Assembly (NCBI GenBank): GCA_038087875.1
Contig: JAXLNO010000075.1
Location: 1 to 64,000 of the forward strand
Length of the DNA stretch: 64,000 bases
Direction: 5' to 3'
From: Malacoraja senta
Taxonomy: Eukaryota
Every line of letters starts with the position of its first letter. Positions within the stretch are counted from its first letter, which is position 1. The notes beneath the pieces are model-generated. The model saw nothing but the letters and a program-made list of their open reading frames with translations. It did not search any database and was not told the DNA's origin. This document shows positions 49,481 through 62,077 of this stretch, one piece after another. The translations under genes and the position numbers were made by a program.

Positions 49481-52400
49481 ATAGTAAGATTAAACGAGAA
49501 CTTACCAAGTTTGAAGTTTGATCTTTATTTTATGAGGAGTAACGTTGAGGGATTACGTGAAGAAGCCCCGTCCAGCCGCACACGCGTCAATCTTTCAAAG
49601 CAGCGGAGTGACAATCACAGACGATAATTACTGAAGTATGATAGTAAGATGCATAAAGACTTAGAACTACCAGCTTGATCTTTTTATGAGGGTGGGAGCG
49701 GAGGGCACGTAATTCCTCAACGTTACTCCTCATAAAATAAAGATCAAACTTCAAACTTGGTAAGTTCTCGTTTAATCTTACTATTTTACTTCGGAGTCAC
49801 GTGAGTGACTACGTGAAGATTTCAAAGCTCTGTGATTTCACACCGTGGATTCAAATCCAGGTGTTCACTGCATCGATTGACTCTATTTGAGTAAGCACAA
49901 TGAACAATGCATGACCACAACATTTGAATGTAATCAGTGAATGGTTTTATTTATTTTAATAAAAGTAACAAAATTAGGCCCATTTATTATTATGGGGTAT
50001 CCAGCACGGCATCACCAAACCCTCTGAGATCTTTAATCTCCTTGTGGTAATACTTGTGAAACATCTGTTCACTTGCCCATCCTGCGGCCGCGAGAATAAG
50101 GTCTATTGGCACGCTGAATCCCTGGCCGCTGATGTTGATGCCGCCCTCGAGGAATGAGATTTAAATTTATCAGTATCAATACCTGAATATCTCAACACCT
50201 GTTTCAACCATCGTGAAATTGTTTGTGTTGATACTTTCTTATGAGGCTTTTTATGACTAATAAAAAATGCCAATTCGGCGCCTCTTAAAACTTTTGTTGT
50301 TTCTATGTAACATTTCACATATGTTACTACACACAGTCGTGAATCTGTAGGTAATGCTAAAAATTCCAACTTGCATCCTGTGGACCCAGGTCTACTTTGC
50401 TTCAGTAAATCATAGACATAGAATGTCACGGCATTTTGCCCTACTTTCATTCTATCAATTCTGAGTTTCTGTAATGTTTGAACTCTCTGCGCTGAAACTA
50501 ATGCCATGAGCATAACCAATTTCATGGTGATTTTGGATAATGACAGAGTTTCAACTGGATTCCAATTCCTTAGGAACATCAGTACATCTTTTACATTCCA
50601 AATTTCTGTATACCTGGGTCTGGGAGGATTAGAGTTGAAATTCCTTTCATAAACCTACAGACCCAAGGATGTTCGCCAATTGGAGTTTGTTCTGATTCAC
50701 TGCTTAAATATGCAGAAAGTGCACTTCGTGCAGTATTAATTACACTATAACTTAATTTCAATTCATAGTGTAGAGTTGAAAGAAACTCTATTACATCTGA
50801 AATTTCTACTGTGTTATATGCAATATTCTTTCCTGAACAGAACACCTCCCATTTCTTTATATAGGAAATGTACTGCTTCTGGGTACTATTCCTCCAGGCT
50901 GCTGTCATAACCTCCACCGTACGGTCTGTCCTTTTCCAAGATATGCCTTCTTAGAATCTGCAAATCAACAAACCAATACGATTATGTAAAGGATGTGATT
51001 CATTAGTCACAGGGTGTACAAGCAGTTTAATCTGCTTTGGAATAACCATAAAGGGGTTTTTGATCATTTTTAACACCAGTGGGTACCATACCTGTGTAGG
51101 CCAATCTGGTACTACCAAAATCCCTGACGCTGAATCTTGTTTAATTTTCTGTATGCATTTGTGGATTAAACAAAATGGTGGAAAAGCATACAGAAACATA
51201 CCACCTCAATGTAGCGAGAAAGCATCCACCACTACTGCTCCAGGATCAGGTTCCCATGACACATACTTAGTCAACTGGTGGTTCAATCTTGATGCAACCA
51301 GATCACTTTCTGGCATTCCAAATTGTGTGATAATTTGTGTGAATATTTTCCGATTTAACATCCATTCTGTATTATCATTAAATTTACGTGATCTTTTGTC
51401 TGCAATTGTATTAATTTTTACCTGGTAAATATATTGCTGACAGCCAAATTTTTCTGGCAATACCCCAGGTCCAAATTTCATTTGCCAATTTATCACATGA
51501 TTCTGATTTTATACCACCCATGTGATTTATGTATGCTACAGCTGTAGTATTGTCAACCTGTACCTGAACATGCACATTTCCCATATCAGTGCAATAAGCT
51601 CTAAGGCCATAAAATGCGCCTAATAGCTCTAGATAATTGATTCCCAGATTTTCCTGCAAAGGTACTTCATTCACATTCCACCTACCTCCACAGCTGGAAA
51701 TCATGTTAGTAGCGCCTCAACTCAGCACACTTACATCAGTCTGTAGAGTGACGGAAGGTGTTTCTACCAGAACTTTTCTGGAAGCATTAGAAACATTGTT
51801 AATCCACCATTCTATTTCTGTAATGGATTGAATTGTTAATTTCATGGGCCTATCAAAATGCCCTCTATTCATTTTTAACGCTTGTACCTTAGCTCTCTGT
51901 AAACATTGATAATGCAATGGTCCAAACGTGACCGCTGGAAACCCTGCAATTAATTTGCCCAGCAAACTTGCCACTTCTCTAATTGAAGGTGTGTCCTCGT
52001 TAATGGGTTTTATGCAACCTTCAATTAACTGCAGCTTTTTATCTTTTGGAAAAGTGATTACCATGTGTTCGGAGTTAATTGTGAACCCTAGGTAATCAAT
52101 CTTTTTGCTTGGTAACAATTTAGATTTTTGTAGGTGAATAATGAAACCTAATTTCTCAAAATGTATTTGACTCTGGATACTGACAATTTTGCAGCAGCCA
52201 AAGTGTCCCCTACAATGAGGATATCATCTAAATAAGCCATTAATACATGGCCCTCAGCTCTTAACAGAGCTAAAATTTGGTTTGAGCAATTTAGTGAATA
52301 ATCTTGGTGCTGAAATCAGACCAAGCAGAATAATATGCATTTTGCAGATCTATGCTTGCCTTATAGCAATTCTTTGTGACTAGCTAAATGGCATTAGTAA

Positions 52401-54457
52401 ATGTTTCCATTTTGAAATGTTTCTATTGTACATAAAGGTTAAGATTTGTCAGATTGGAAATGATTCTATATCCACCATCCCTTTTCTAGGAGAATATTCC
52501 TAGGAGAATATTTGACACAAACTGATGGTGTTGTTCTCCTGACATTTATATCATCCTTTTCTGCATAAAGTTTTTCAATTCTCCTTTGATCAACCCATTC
52601 TCTTCCTTTGAGAAAATCCGTGACCAGTTTGAATTATGCTGAATTGGAGGATCCAAACGTGGAGAGAACTCAATTTTGAATCCTACAATGCTACATAGAA
52701 TAAATGAATCATTTGTTATTGATTGCCATTCTTTTAGGAAGAATCGTAACCTTCCCCCTATTTGTGAGTGTGAAACATTTGTTGTGTTTCTTACCAGACC
52801 AAGCCCCCTAACCTCGGGGTTTGCCACCGGCAGTTGTTGTCCCCTTCTAGTAGGCACATTGTAACCTCCACGTATCCTCGGTGCAGCACGTCAACGTGTA
52901 TACGAGAATGATAGGATTGTTCCTTCTCCAGCACCACATTTCGCCTGTAGGGATACTGCCTTCTCACCGCTCTGCTCAGCATAGGTGATCCTTTAGTTTC
53001 TTTGTTAGATTTTCTCCAAAACAGATTTAGGCATTTGTATATTGGATGGTTTGCAGAGCCTGCATACTTAGGATGAATATTTGGTCTTATTGCATTTTTA
53101 TGAATACAATTTATTTCAAAGTGCACACTACACATGAGTGCTACATTTTGTTGTGAATACGATATATAACCTTCATCCAACCACTGACCCCAGAAATTTC
53201 AGCACTTGTGTAATTTCAATTCTTGTGAGCGTAAACCACTGCTCAAATTACCCATATCAAGTTTATTCACTGCTGTAACTGCTACAATTTCCCGGGTCTC
53301 ATATTTTTTTGATAGTCTCATCCATGGTTAATTCCTGGGCTGATGGGAGAGTAGATAATTTATAGTCATAGCTATTTCCTCTCTCAAAGGTTCCCCTGTT
53401 ACTCTGGGAGCAGCAAAGTTTTGTGCCAGCCTTGGAACATTTTTGGCTCTGATAATGGGCTCTGGTCCTCATTTAAATCATCATCTAAATCTAGATATTC
53501 ATTTTTATGTTGGGTAATTTCTGGCTCCCCTGTTTCAGGTAAGTCTCTGCCAGATTCCCCCTGCGCGGGCTCTCTTGTAGGCCCACGGACAGGCAGCCCT
53601 GCTTCAGGTGCTGCTGGCTCTGGCTCAATTCTAGGCCAATGCTTCATTATTTTTACACTTTATATTTGTCGGTGCTGGCACATTTATCATTGCACGTTTG
53701 TGCTGCCTTTTGTTCAGGCATTTCTAGTACTGGCTCTCCAATAGGCCAACACATAACTTGCCTTTTTTCTGGCATTTTTGGGCACTGGCTCTCCTGTAGG
53801 CCAACCTCTTTAATGTTTCTGCACAGGCACTGATGGCTCTCCTGTAGGCCACCCTTGTGCCTGTTCCAAGGCACCTCCTGTGCTATACTTCATTGGCTAA
53901 CACCGACTTAAATCCTCCTGTGGGGGTTCTTTACAAATCATCTGCCCCATAAGGAGTTAAAAAGTTTTTGACCCTTGCAGTGTAATTCTCTTTCCTGCCT
54001 GAGGAGGGCATACCTCCGGGTCTGACTCACTCGAGTCCACAGGTCGGGCCGATTTTTTTTTCTCAGCCTTGCGCCCGCCCGCGGCGGTTTAAAGCACATT
54101 CGACCACGACAGGAGTTAATGGCTTCGCTGCCACTGACTCCCCTGACTGACGCCCGCTACCCTTAGGATCTGGGGTTTTACTACGGTGCGTCCCTGGCCG
54201 CCTCTCCTTCCCATTTCTCTATAATAAACTTGTGTGGAGCTCCACGAACAAGTCTAAACGGGAAGGAAACGCTCCTGTAAGTGAAAAGTAACGCACTTAC
54301 CTTCCGACTTTTGTTTTACTTTTGTTTTACTCACCGGCTGGAGGAGCTCCTGCTCCTCCACACACGGTCATGAACGCTATGCGTCTGATCGATAATGACG
54401 CGTGTGCGGCTGGACGGGGCTTCTTCACGTAGTCACTCACGTGACTCCGAAGTAAAA
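49481..54457 (-). mobile_element. DIRS1-type tyrosine-recombinase retrotransposon with both termini and ICR, ORFs decayed
   Basis: gag-like region (about 52900-54000), RT (YLDDILI about 52220-52240; YLGFTIN), RNase H (INYLELL, QVDNTTAVAYINHMGG), methyltransferase-like domain (ASRLN...DAF...LYAFPPF), YR (HSSRAASTS...AAGWASE...FHKYY); terminal inverted repeats plus internal complementary region at about 49706-49820. Confidence 0.95.
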
Positions 54458-57400
54458 TTGTTATTTAGACCCAATCCTGGACAGACTCTCAACAAAACCG
54501 GCTCCTACCATAGCCTCAGTGCAAACTTTAAATGATTTAACTAAGACTAGGAATATGGTTGACATTTGGCGACTGCAGCATCCTACTAACAGAGATTTCT
54601 CTTTCTATTCTCATGTCCACAAATCTTACACTAGGATTGACTATTTTTTGATTTCGTCTGAATTACTGTCCAGTATAACAAATTCCACCTATCATAATAT
54701 TTTGATTTCTGACCATAGTCCGGTGTAACTTCAATTTAAATATATTCTGTCCAAACAAAAGTACAGCTGGTGCTTCAACCCTCTTCTTCTTAATGATCAC
54801 TCTTTTATTGACCAAATGACTGCATGTATAGATGAGTTTCTTACCATAAATGATAATGGGGAAGTCTCTGATTCCACTTTATGGGAGGCTTTTAAGGTTG
54901 TGATGAGAGGCCATATCATTTCATTTGAATCATATACAAAAAGAGAACTTAATCGTCGCCTTAGGGATATTGATAAGATGCTTCCAGTGCTTGAAGAGAC
55001 GTATAGATCCTCTCTTACAGTCTGACTACAATAAGATCTTAAAACTAAAATATGAATATAATACTATCCTCAATAAACGTCTTAGCAGCCAATTACTAAA
55101 GCTCAAACAGAAATACTTTGAACTCGGTGATAAACCAGAGAAATTATTAGCAAGTCAACTTAGAGGTGAGCAAGCTAATCGTGCCATTCATAGGATTAAA
55201 TTAAAATCAGGTATACTGGTTACTGACTTGAAGCATATAAATGCTTGCTTCAGGGACTTTTATAAAGAACTTTATTCCAGTAAAGTAAAGCCCACTGAAA
55301 CAGATTTTTGTGATTTTTTCACTAACCTAAATATTCCACAACTTGATGGAGCATCTAGAGATGATATTGACACTCAGATTTCTGTAGATGACCTTCTGGA
55401 AGCTATCTGAGCATTTCCCTCTGGAAAAGCAGCAGGCCCAGATGGCTTCGGCTGCGAATTCTATAAGGCGTTTCATGGAAAAATAGTCCCTCTCATGTTA
55501 AGAATGGTGAATGATTCAGTGAAAAACAAGAGGCTCCCTAGCTCACTCTATGAAGCTAATGTTTGCTTGCTCCTGAAAAAGGGAAAAGCAGAGACTGACC
55601 TTGCAAGTTACAGACCAATCGCTCTTCTGAACTGTGACCAGAAGATGATAACTAAAGTCCTGGCCACAAAATTAGGTAAGCACATCTCAAAAATTGTACA
55701 TCCTGATCAGACTGGATTTATACCGGGTAGATTCTCATTTAGTAATGTTCGTCTGCTGTTAAATACATTATATTCGGTTCATGACAAGGATACGCAAGCT
55801 GCCATCCTATCTCTCGATGTTCAGAAGGCTTTCGATCAGATCGAATGGCCCTATATGCTAGAGACGTTAAAACAGTTTGGGTTCGGGATGAACTTTATAG
55901 AGTGGATTAAAATAATTTATTCAAATCCAGTATCTTCTATTCTGACTAACACAGAAAAATCCCAACCTTTTGACCTGCAGCGCGGTGTGAGACAGGGTGA
56001 TCCCCTTTCTCCCCTGCTGTTTGATATCGCTTTAGAACCTCTTGCAATAGGAATCAGGGGTCACCCGGGTATTCATGGTGTAAAATTTGGTAATGTTGAA
56101 TGTCTTGTGAATTTATATGCAGATGATTTATTAATTTGTTTATCTGATCCGGTAGTGTCAGTTCCCAACCTTCTGAACTACATTAAGTCATTTGGTAAAC
56201 TGTCAGGATATACAATTAACTGGGATAAAAGTGAATTCATGCCCTTGACGAATAATTTGAGCCCTGCTTTCTTGAAATCTTTGTCATTTAAATTAGTTAC
56301 CACCCACTTTCCCTATCTTGGACTGAAGATTTCCAGAAACCCCAAACTTCTACTTAAATTGAATTTTTTGGACATGGTAGACAAATTAAAAGCTAGCAAT
56401 AGGTGCTGGAAGCTGCTTCCCCTCTCAATGATAGGTCGCATCAATGCTATTAAAATGGTTGCACTTCCAAGATTTTTGTATCTTTTCCAAAACCTTCCTG
56501 GCTACTTACCTTTGTCTTTTTTCAAACAACTGGATTCGGTTATACTCTCATTTGTCTGGGCAGACAAATCCCCTCGCATTGCTAAAGCCCACCTACAGAA
56601 AAATGTGGACAGGGGTGGCCTCGGCCTTCCGGTACTGAAGCATTACTACTGGGCTGCAAATGCGAGGGCTCTCACTTTCTGGAAATGGGGTTTTCCTGAT
56701 GATGACCGGTCTGATGTTTCCCCACTCTAGCTAAAAATTGAATCCATGTATGTTTCAGAGACCTCTCTCCCAGTGTTGCTCTTTTTCGGAGCACAGGTTC
56801 CCTACAAATTAGTTGGCCATAACTTCATTCTCAGAAACTCCGTAAGGATTCTGAATCAAATAAAAACAAATTGGGGATTGGTAAATATCTCAGTGTATAC
56901 CCCTATAGTACACACAATCACTTGTTCAAACCAACACTGATGGTAGAGTGTTTCTGGACTGGAGGGGGAAGGGGCTGTGTTGTATTGATGATCTCTACAT
57001 AGATAATAAATTTGCCTCATTTTTTCAGCTCCAAACTAAATATCGCCTTCCTCAACAACACTTCTATCGCTACCTTCAAGTCGGGCAATTTGTACGGGAG
57101 CGTATCCCAGAATTCATAGTCAAACCAAAAAGTCACATTCTTTATGATCTACTTCTCTCACAGCCTGACTCTAAACACTTGATCTCCCGCTTTGTCACTG
57201 CCTTTACGACACCAGTTGAAGCTGGTCATCTCAGGGAGGCCTGGGCTACAGAATTGGGCACTCCTGTGTCAAATGAACTGTGGGAGGAAGGTTTGTCCGG
57301 TATACAGAGTTGCTCTATTAGTTCTAGATACAGATTAATTCAATTTAAAGTCTTGCATAGACTACATTATTCTAAAACCAAACTTAACAAGATTTTTGAA

Positions 57401-58076
57401 TCGGTTTCCTCCATGTGTGACAGATGTGGTACTGCAGAAGGATCACTATCACATTTATTTTGGCACTGTCCAGTATTAAGTAATTTCTGGAGTGACATAT
57501 TTAACTGTCTTTCCAAACAATGTCGAATAAATATTCCGCCTGATTGTAATCTGGCTATTTTTGGTTGCTCTGACAATACAAGGGCCCTTCCTTCCCACCA
57601 GAAGCAGATTCTTAGAGCAGGTATGGTTGCAGCTAAAAAAATAATATTACTGAATTGGAAGTCCCCACTCTCCCCATGTTTTAAGAGGTGGCTCAACGAA
57701 ATGCTTTCTATTGCTAAGATGGAACAGATTCGTTTTAACAAAGGAAATTTACAAAATTATTTTTTGAAGGTGTGGAAACCATTTTTGATTTTGCTTGAAG
57801 AGGCATAATTGTCTGATCTGTTTATTTTGCTGTTGTGCTATGTCTTTAATCTGAGCGAACTTTGATCTTGCACTCTGATTGATATTCTGGCTGCCCCACA
57901 CTTGTTTTTTTTTTGTTTCTTTAATTGGTGTTTTTTGTTTGCTGTCTACTGTGTGTTCGTTATGATTAAAAAAATGAAGCTGTACAATAATTGTATAATG
58001 GTAGATGCCGAGCGATTTATCCTTGTACAATTGCTTCCAATAAAAATAAATTAATAAAAAAAGGAGAAAAAAAGAA
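54456..58076 (+). mobile_element. L1 LINE ORF2, 5'-truncated, few lesions
   Basis: NCYLDPILDR, YTRIDYFL, SDHSPV, RGVRQGDPLSP, LYADDLL and CDRC...SHLFWHC; A-rich tail at about 58040-58076. Confidence 0.95.
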
Positions 58077-58873
58077 GTAATATCCTTCCTCTGTATATAA
58101 TGATCCATTACAGCCCCTTCGGGTATTAATGACTTCTCCCCCTCCAGACCAGTCCCTCCACGCTTCACTGATCCCATTGCTATAACTGGGGATTGGCAGG
58201 TAATGGGATCCTACCGTCAGATGAGTCCCGTTAGCCCATCCACACAACAGCTGAAATCCAGCATTTACAGGGATACATTCCTTAGACACCTTACATTGGA
58301 CTCCTTTATAGGTAAGGTTACATGCGGAGCCGTGAACGGGCCCTTGCAGAGAGCAAGTGAGGTTATTTTTTTAACATTTATGACTATACACCCGTGTCCT
58401 TGGTTACTAAAACAATTTTCATATTGCCTGTTGTCATTATTGGTGGTGAAGTTACATGGCCTAGCCGGTGCTCTTGACGCCGTCCTAGATCCATGATAGC
58501 AATTGTCGTAGGAGTGGTTATTGTTCTTAGGGAGCGGTAAGCAGTTGGCCGGTGGAGCGAGAAGCCTATCATAGCTGATGATAACGGGCTTGACAGGGAC
58601 CGGTTTTTCATCCTGGCACTTCACCAGTCGTTCAGTTCTGCCCCATGCAGGGGATGGGGTAAACAGGGAGGTAATTGATGTAATTCGTGGATAACAAACC
58701 ACCTGCCCCTTCCCGAATAGCTCGCTGTGTGCCTGAATAAATAGATTGGAGTTTTCTCATTCCCCTTTCTTTCCTCGTTTGTTCCATCCGTATTCAGGCT
58801 TTGTCCATTTCCAACCGAAACCGATTAACCCTACTGAGGTCGTCACACATATTAATGCCACGAAGACCCTCAT
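58077..58873 (-). pseudogene. Endogenous retrovirus env 5' part (signal peptide plus SU), disrupted and truncated
   Basis: Downstream of integrase and a polypyrimidine/AG acceptor (58895-58894). ATG at 58873 reads MRVFVALICVTTSVGLIG...KKGE*ENSNLFIQAHSELFGKGQVVCYP..., Cys-rich with N-glycosylation sequons; one stop, one frameshift, ends TEEGYYF at the L1 tail. Confidence 0.7.
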
Positions 58874-59009
58874 CTTAGCGGTTTATTTCGTATCTGCGAA
58901 CACAAGGGAAGGGAAAAGAAAAGAACGTGCAATTTCATAGCAAAATTAATTCGTACCCTGCTTTTCGTGGACCAGATCCCCCTCCCTGACCTCGACCTCC
59001 CCCCTTTGC

Positions 59010-59260
59010 TTGGTGTCACCAAGCACTTTACAATGGTGCAAATGCACCGATGCCGATCGTCCTTCCACCTTTACCGCGGTGGGGGTGGTGAGGAGAACCT
59101 GGAAGGGGCCCAACCATCGAGGAGAAAGGGTGTCCTTACGAACGCAATTCTTAATCAACACATAAGAACCCAGGGTGATCCGTCCATCAACGGGAAAGTC
59201 TATGTCGCCCACATAAGCGGCCTTGATCTCCCCGTGAATCTCACGCAGGGCCCTTGTAAG
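59010..59260 (-). mobile_element. ERV integrase C-terminal domain (gamma/epsilon-like)
   Basis: GSYVLIKNCVRKDTLSPRWLGPFQVLLTTPTAVKVEGRSASVHLHHCK matches the retroviral PRW.GP..VLLTTPTAVKV motif. Confidence 0.88.
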
Positions 59261-59436
59261 CAAAGATACTAGAGGAGCAAGATAGACGACTCCTCCGAAA
59301 TCCAATGGACTGACGTGTAGTACGCAATGGAACGTCACGGCCGCCATTTTCTAATGCAAAACGCGACTTCCGGTTTGCCTCCCGCTGCTTTGATCCAAAG
59401 ATTATATAGCGGAGCGGAGCGCCTCTAGTATCTTTG
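59261..59436. mobile_element. 176-bp MITE with 18-bp TIRs (P-like termini, tentative)
   Basis: CAAAGATACTAGAGGAGC and GCGCCTCTAGTATCTTTG; imperfect 7-bp flanks TTGTAAG/GTGTAAC. Confidence 0.7.
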
Positions 59437-59902
59437 GTGTAACCAGTGTAATTAGTGTTGTAGGGAACAGTGTTTGATATATCAAACAGTGTTTGATATA
59501 GCGCATCTATCACCTCACATATTTCAGTTAATTTTATTGTAAATGTTTTCCCCATTCCCCCATTTCCCTCCCATCTTTCCTCCCCAGCCGCCACCTTTGC
59601 GTAGTTTCCCTTGCATTGTATTGTGCAGCTTCCCTTGTATTGATTTAACACACACTACACAAAATTAAATGTAACTTATATATATATTTATATGGATGTG
59701 TGTTTGTGTGTGCCTGTATGTGAGAGGCAAGTTGAGGGTCTGTCCCACCAGCATGCAATTGCATGCGTCCAGCGCGACCGAACGTGGTCGCTTGTGGTTT
59801 TAAATGTGCTATATAAATAAAAGTGACTTGACTTGACATATTTCTCTAGTTTCTTTCTTCAGATTTCCTCTAATTCGTTTAGCAACCTTTTTCTTTCAAT
59901 CT

Positions 59903-59935
59903 CTGTGTGCATGTATATATATAATTGTGTGTGTG

Positions 59936-59981
<46 letters not shown>

Positions 59982-60102
59982 TATATCACTATATATATCA
60001 CAATATATATTACAATAAGTGTGTATATACATATATAAACACATATATTTGTATGTATACATATATATATATACACACACACACATATATATAAAATATA
60101 TA
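59903..60102. repeat. (TA)n/(CA)n compound microsatellite
   Basis: Seen directly. Confidence 0.93.
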
Positions 60103-60519
60103 TGAAATCCTAATATTGTGAATAAAATATCCATGAACACAATGTCGAAATATTTTTCCATTATTTCATTCTATATTAGCGTAACACAGTGTAGTGCATA
60201 CATCCCTACATATTTAAATTCAATCGATAAGTTGGTCAAATAATATGGGGACCTTCTTGCTTTTTTTGACACATGGATTTTTAAAACTTGAATGTCTCAT
60301 AACGATACATTTGTGGGTCAGCAGTATTTTGCACCAACCCCCACAATTTCAAATAATTCTAAATTGAACTTCATAAACAAGGAAAACACTTTTTATTTAC
60401 ATCATTTTGTGCGCGACATATACAGGGTTGCAGTGTTTTGCATATCAGCTAATCAATAAAAGTGATGTCAAATTCAACATATTTCAAACAAAGGACAACA
60501 TTTCCAACTTATATACAAT

Positions 60520-60980
60520 AACTAGACTAAGTTGGGTCCCAGCATCACACGGGAGGGCTGGTCACCCAATGCAATATTCCACCTCTCCACCAATTCCAAT
60601 ATTGCTGGCCAGTGCGGGGAGGGGGGGCTTTCTGTTGCGCTAGTATGGGTGTTGTGGGCCGAAGGGACTTGTTTCCAGAGGGCTAGTATGGACATTGTGG
60701 GTCGAATGGATTCTTGGGCTGGCAGCTCAGTCACTGAGGCCTGGCAGTACAGTCACTCAGACCTGGCAGGCTGGCAGCTGAGAAACTGCCAGAAATTCTG
60801 CCCAAAACAGGTGACAGACTCTGAGAGAAGGGGGAGAGGGTGGACTGAATGGATTATTGGCCTGGCAGTTCAGTCACTTACAGCTGGTGGGCTGGCAGTT
60901 CACTTACTCACGGCTCGTGGGTTGGCAGTTCTGTCACTGACGGCTGGTGGGCTGGCAGTGCAGTCACTGACGGCTGGAAC
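60520..60980. repeat. Interspersed repeat with an internal tandem array of about 30 bp, between two diverged direct repeats
   Basis: GGCTGGCAGTTCAGTCACTGACGGCTGGTG-type units at 60718-60978; flanks at about 60325-60480 and 60982-61165 resemble each other. Confidence 0.6.
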
Positions 60981-61627
60981 CGATATTGCACCAACCCACT
61001 CAATTTTAAATAATTCATAATAGAGATCCATTAACATACTTCTCACTTTATTTCTGACATGCATGGTAAGATTTACATAATTAACATTATTCTGTGCGCG
61101 AGATATACAGGGTTGCAGTGTTAAGCATATCAGCTAACCAGTGAAAGTGATGTACAATTCAACGTATGTAACACAATGATAGCCCCACCCCTGCTTACAC
61201 CGAAGACCAAAATGTCCAACGAAGATACAATAATAAATAATCACCATTTGCATTGTTTTGTGCAGTTAACAAATCACAATTTCACACAATGTACATAAGA
61301 CGGCAGTTATTTGACAAATACTCCGCAGTTCGGTGTAGATCATGTCCTGTCGACATCTGAAATTAAAGAAAATATCATGCAGTCAATATGTTCTTATTCT
61401 GCATTAAATAACAGAGAGGTATAAAGAAAATGCTCTTTAGGAGAATATTTTTAAAAGGATGTTGCCATGAGGACTCGACTATCTGAGATCAATGATCTAA
61501 CTACAGTGAGAGATTGAACAGGCTAAATAAAAATTTCAATATGCCACAGAAGTAATAAATGTTTTCTTACCTTTCCTCCTTAATGGGGAACCTGAAGAAA
61601 GACAAGTCGGGTTGCCTACATTGCCGA

Positions 61628-62077
61628 TTGTTTTTCTCAGGTCCATCTGGAGCACACGGTATTGGGGGTAGGGTGTTGACATGGATAGAAAATTGGTTGG
61701 CAGACCGGAAGCAAAGAGTAGGAGTGAACGGGTCCTTTTCAGAATGGCAGGCAGCGGCGAGTGGAGTGCCGCAAGGCTCGGTGTTGGGGCCGCAACTGTT
61801 TACCATATATATCGAGCAACTGTCCATATGGTGCCAGCACAATAACCTGGCACTCAACACCAGCAAAACACTACAAAAAGTAGTAAACACTGCCCAGTCC
61901 ATCATCGGCTCTGACCTCCCTTCCATCGAGGGGATCTATCACAGTCGCTGCCTCAAAAAGGCTGGCAGTATCATCAAGGACCCACACCATCCTGGCCACA
62001 CACTCATCTCCCTGCTACCTTCAGGTAGAAGGTACAGGAGCCTGAAGACTACAACGACCAGGTTCAGGATTAGCTAC
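61628..62077 (+). mobile_element. Adjacent CR1 RT fragment and Rex1/Babar 3' fragment, the latter cut by the Gypsy insertion
   Basis: AHGIGGRVLTWIENWL...GVPQGSVLGP, then WCQHNNLALN...HPGHTLISLLPSGRRYRSL. Confidence 0.8.

Noticed and set aside
50103..51420. Phage integrase plus DNA methyltransferase suggesting prophage or horizontal transfer
   Set aside because: These are standard domains of the DIRS retrotransposon, embedded with RT, RNase H and the ITR/ICR
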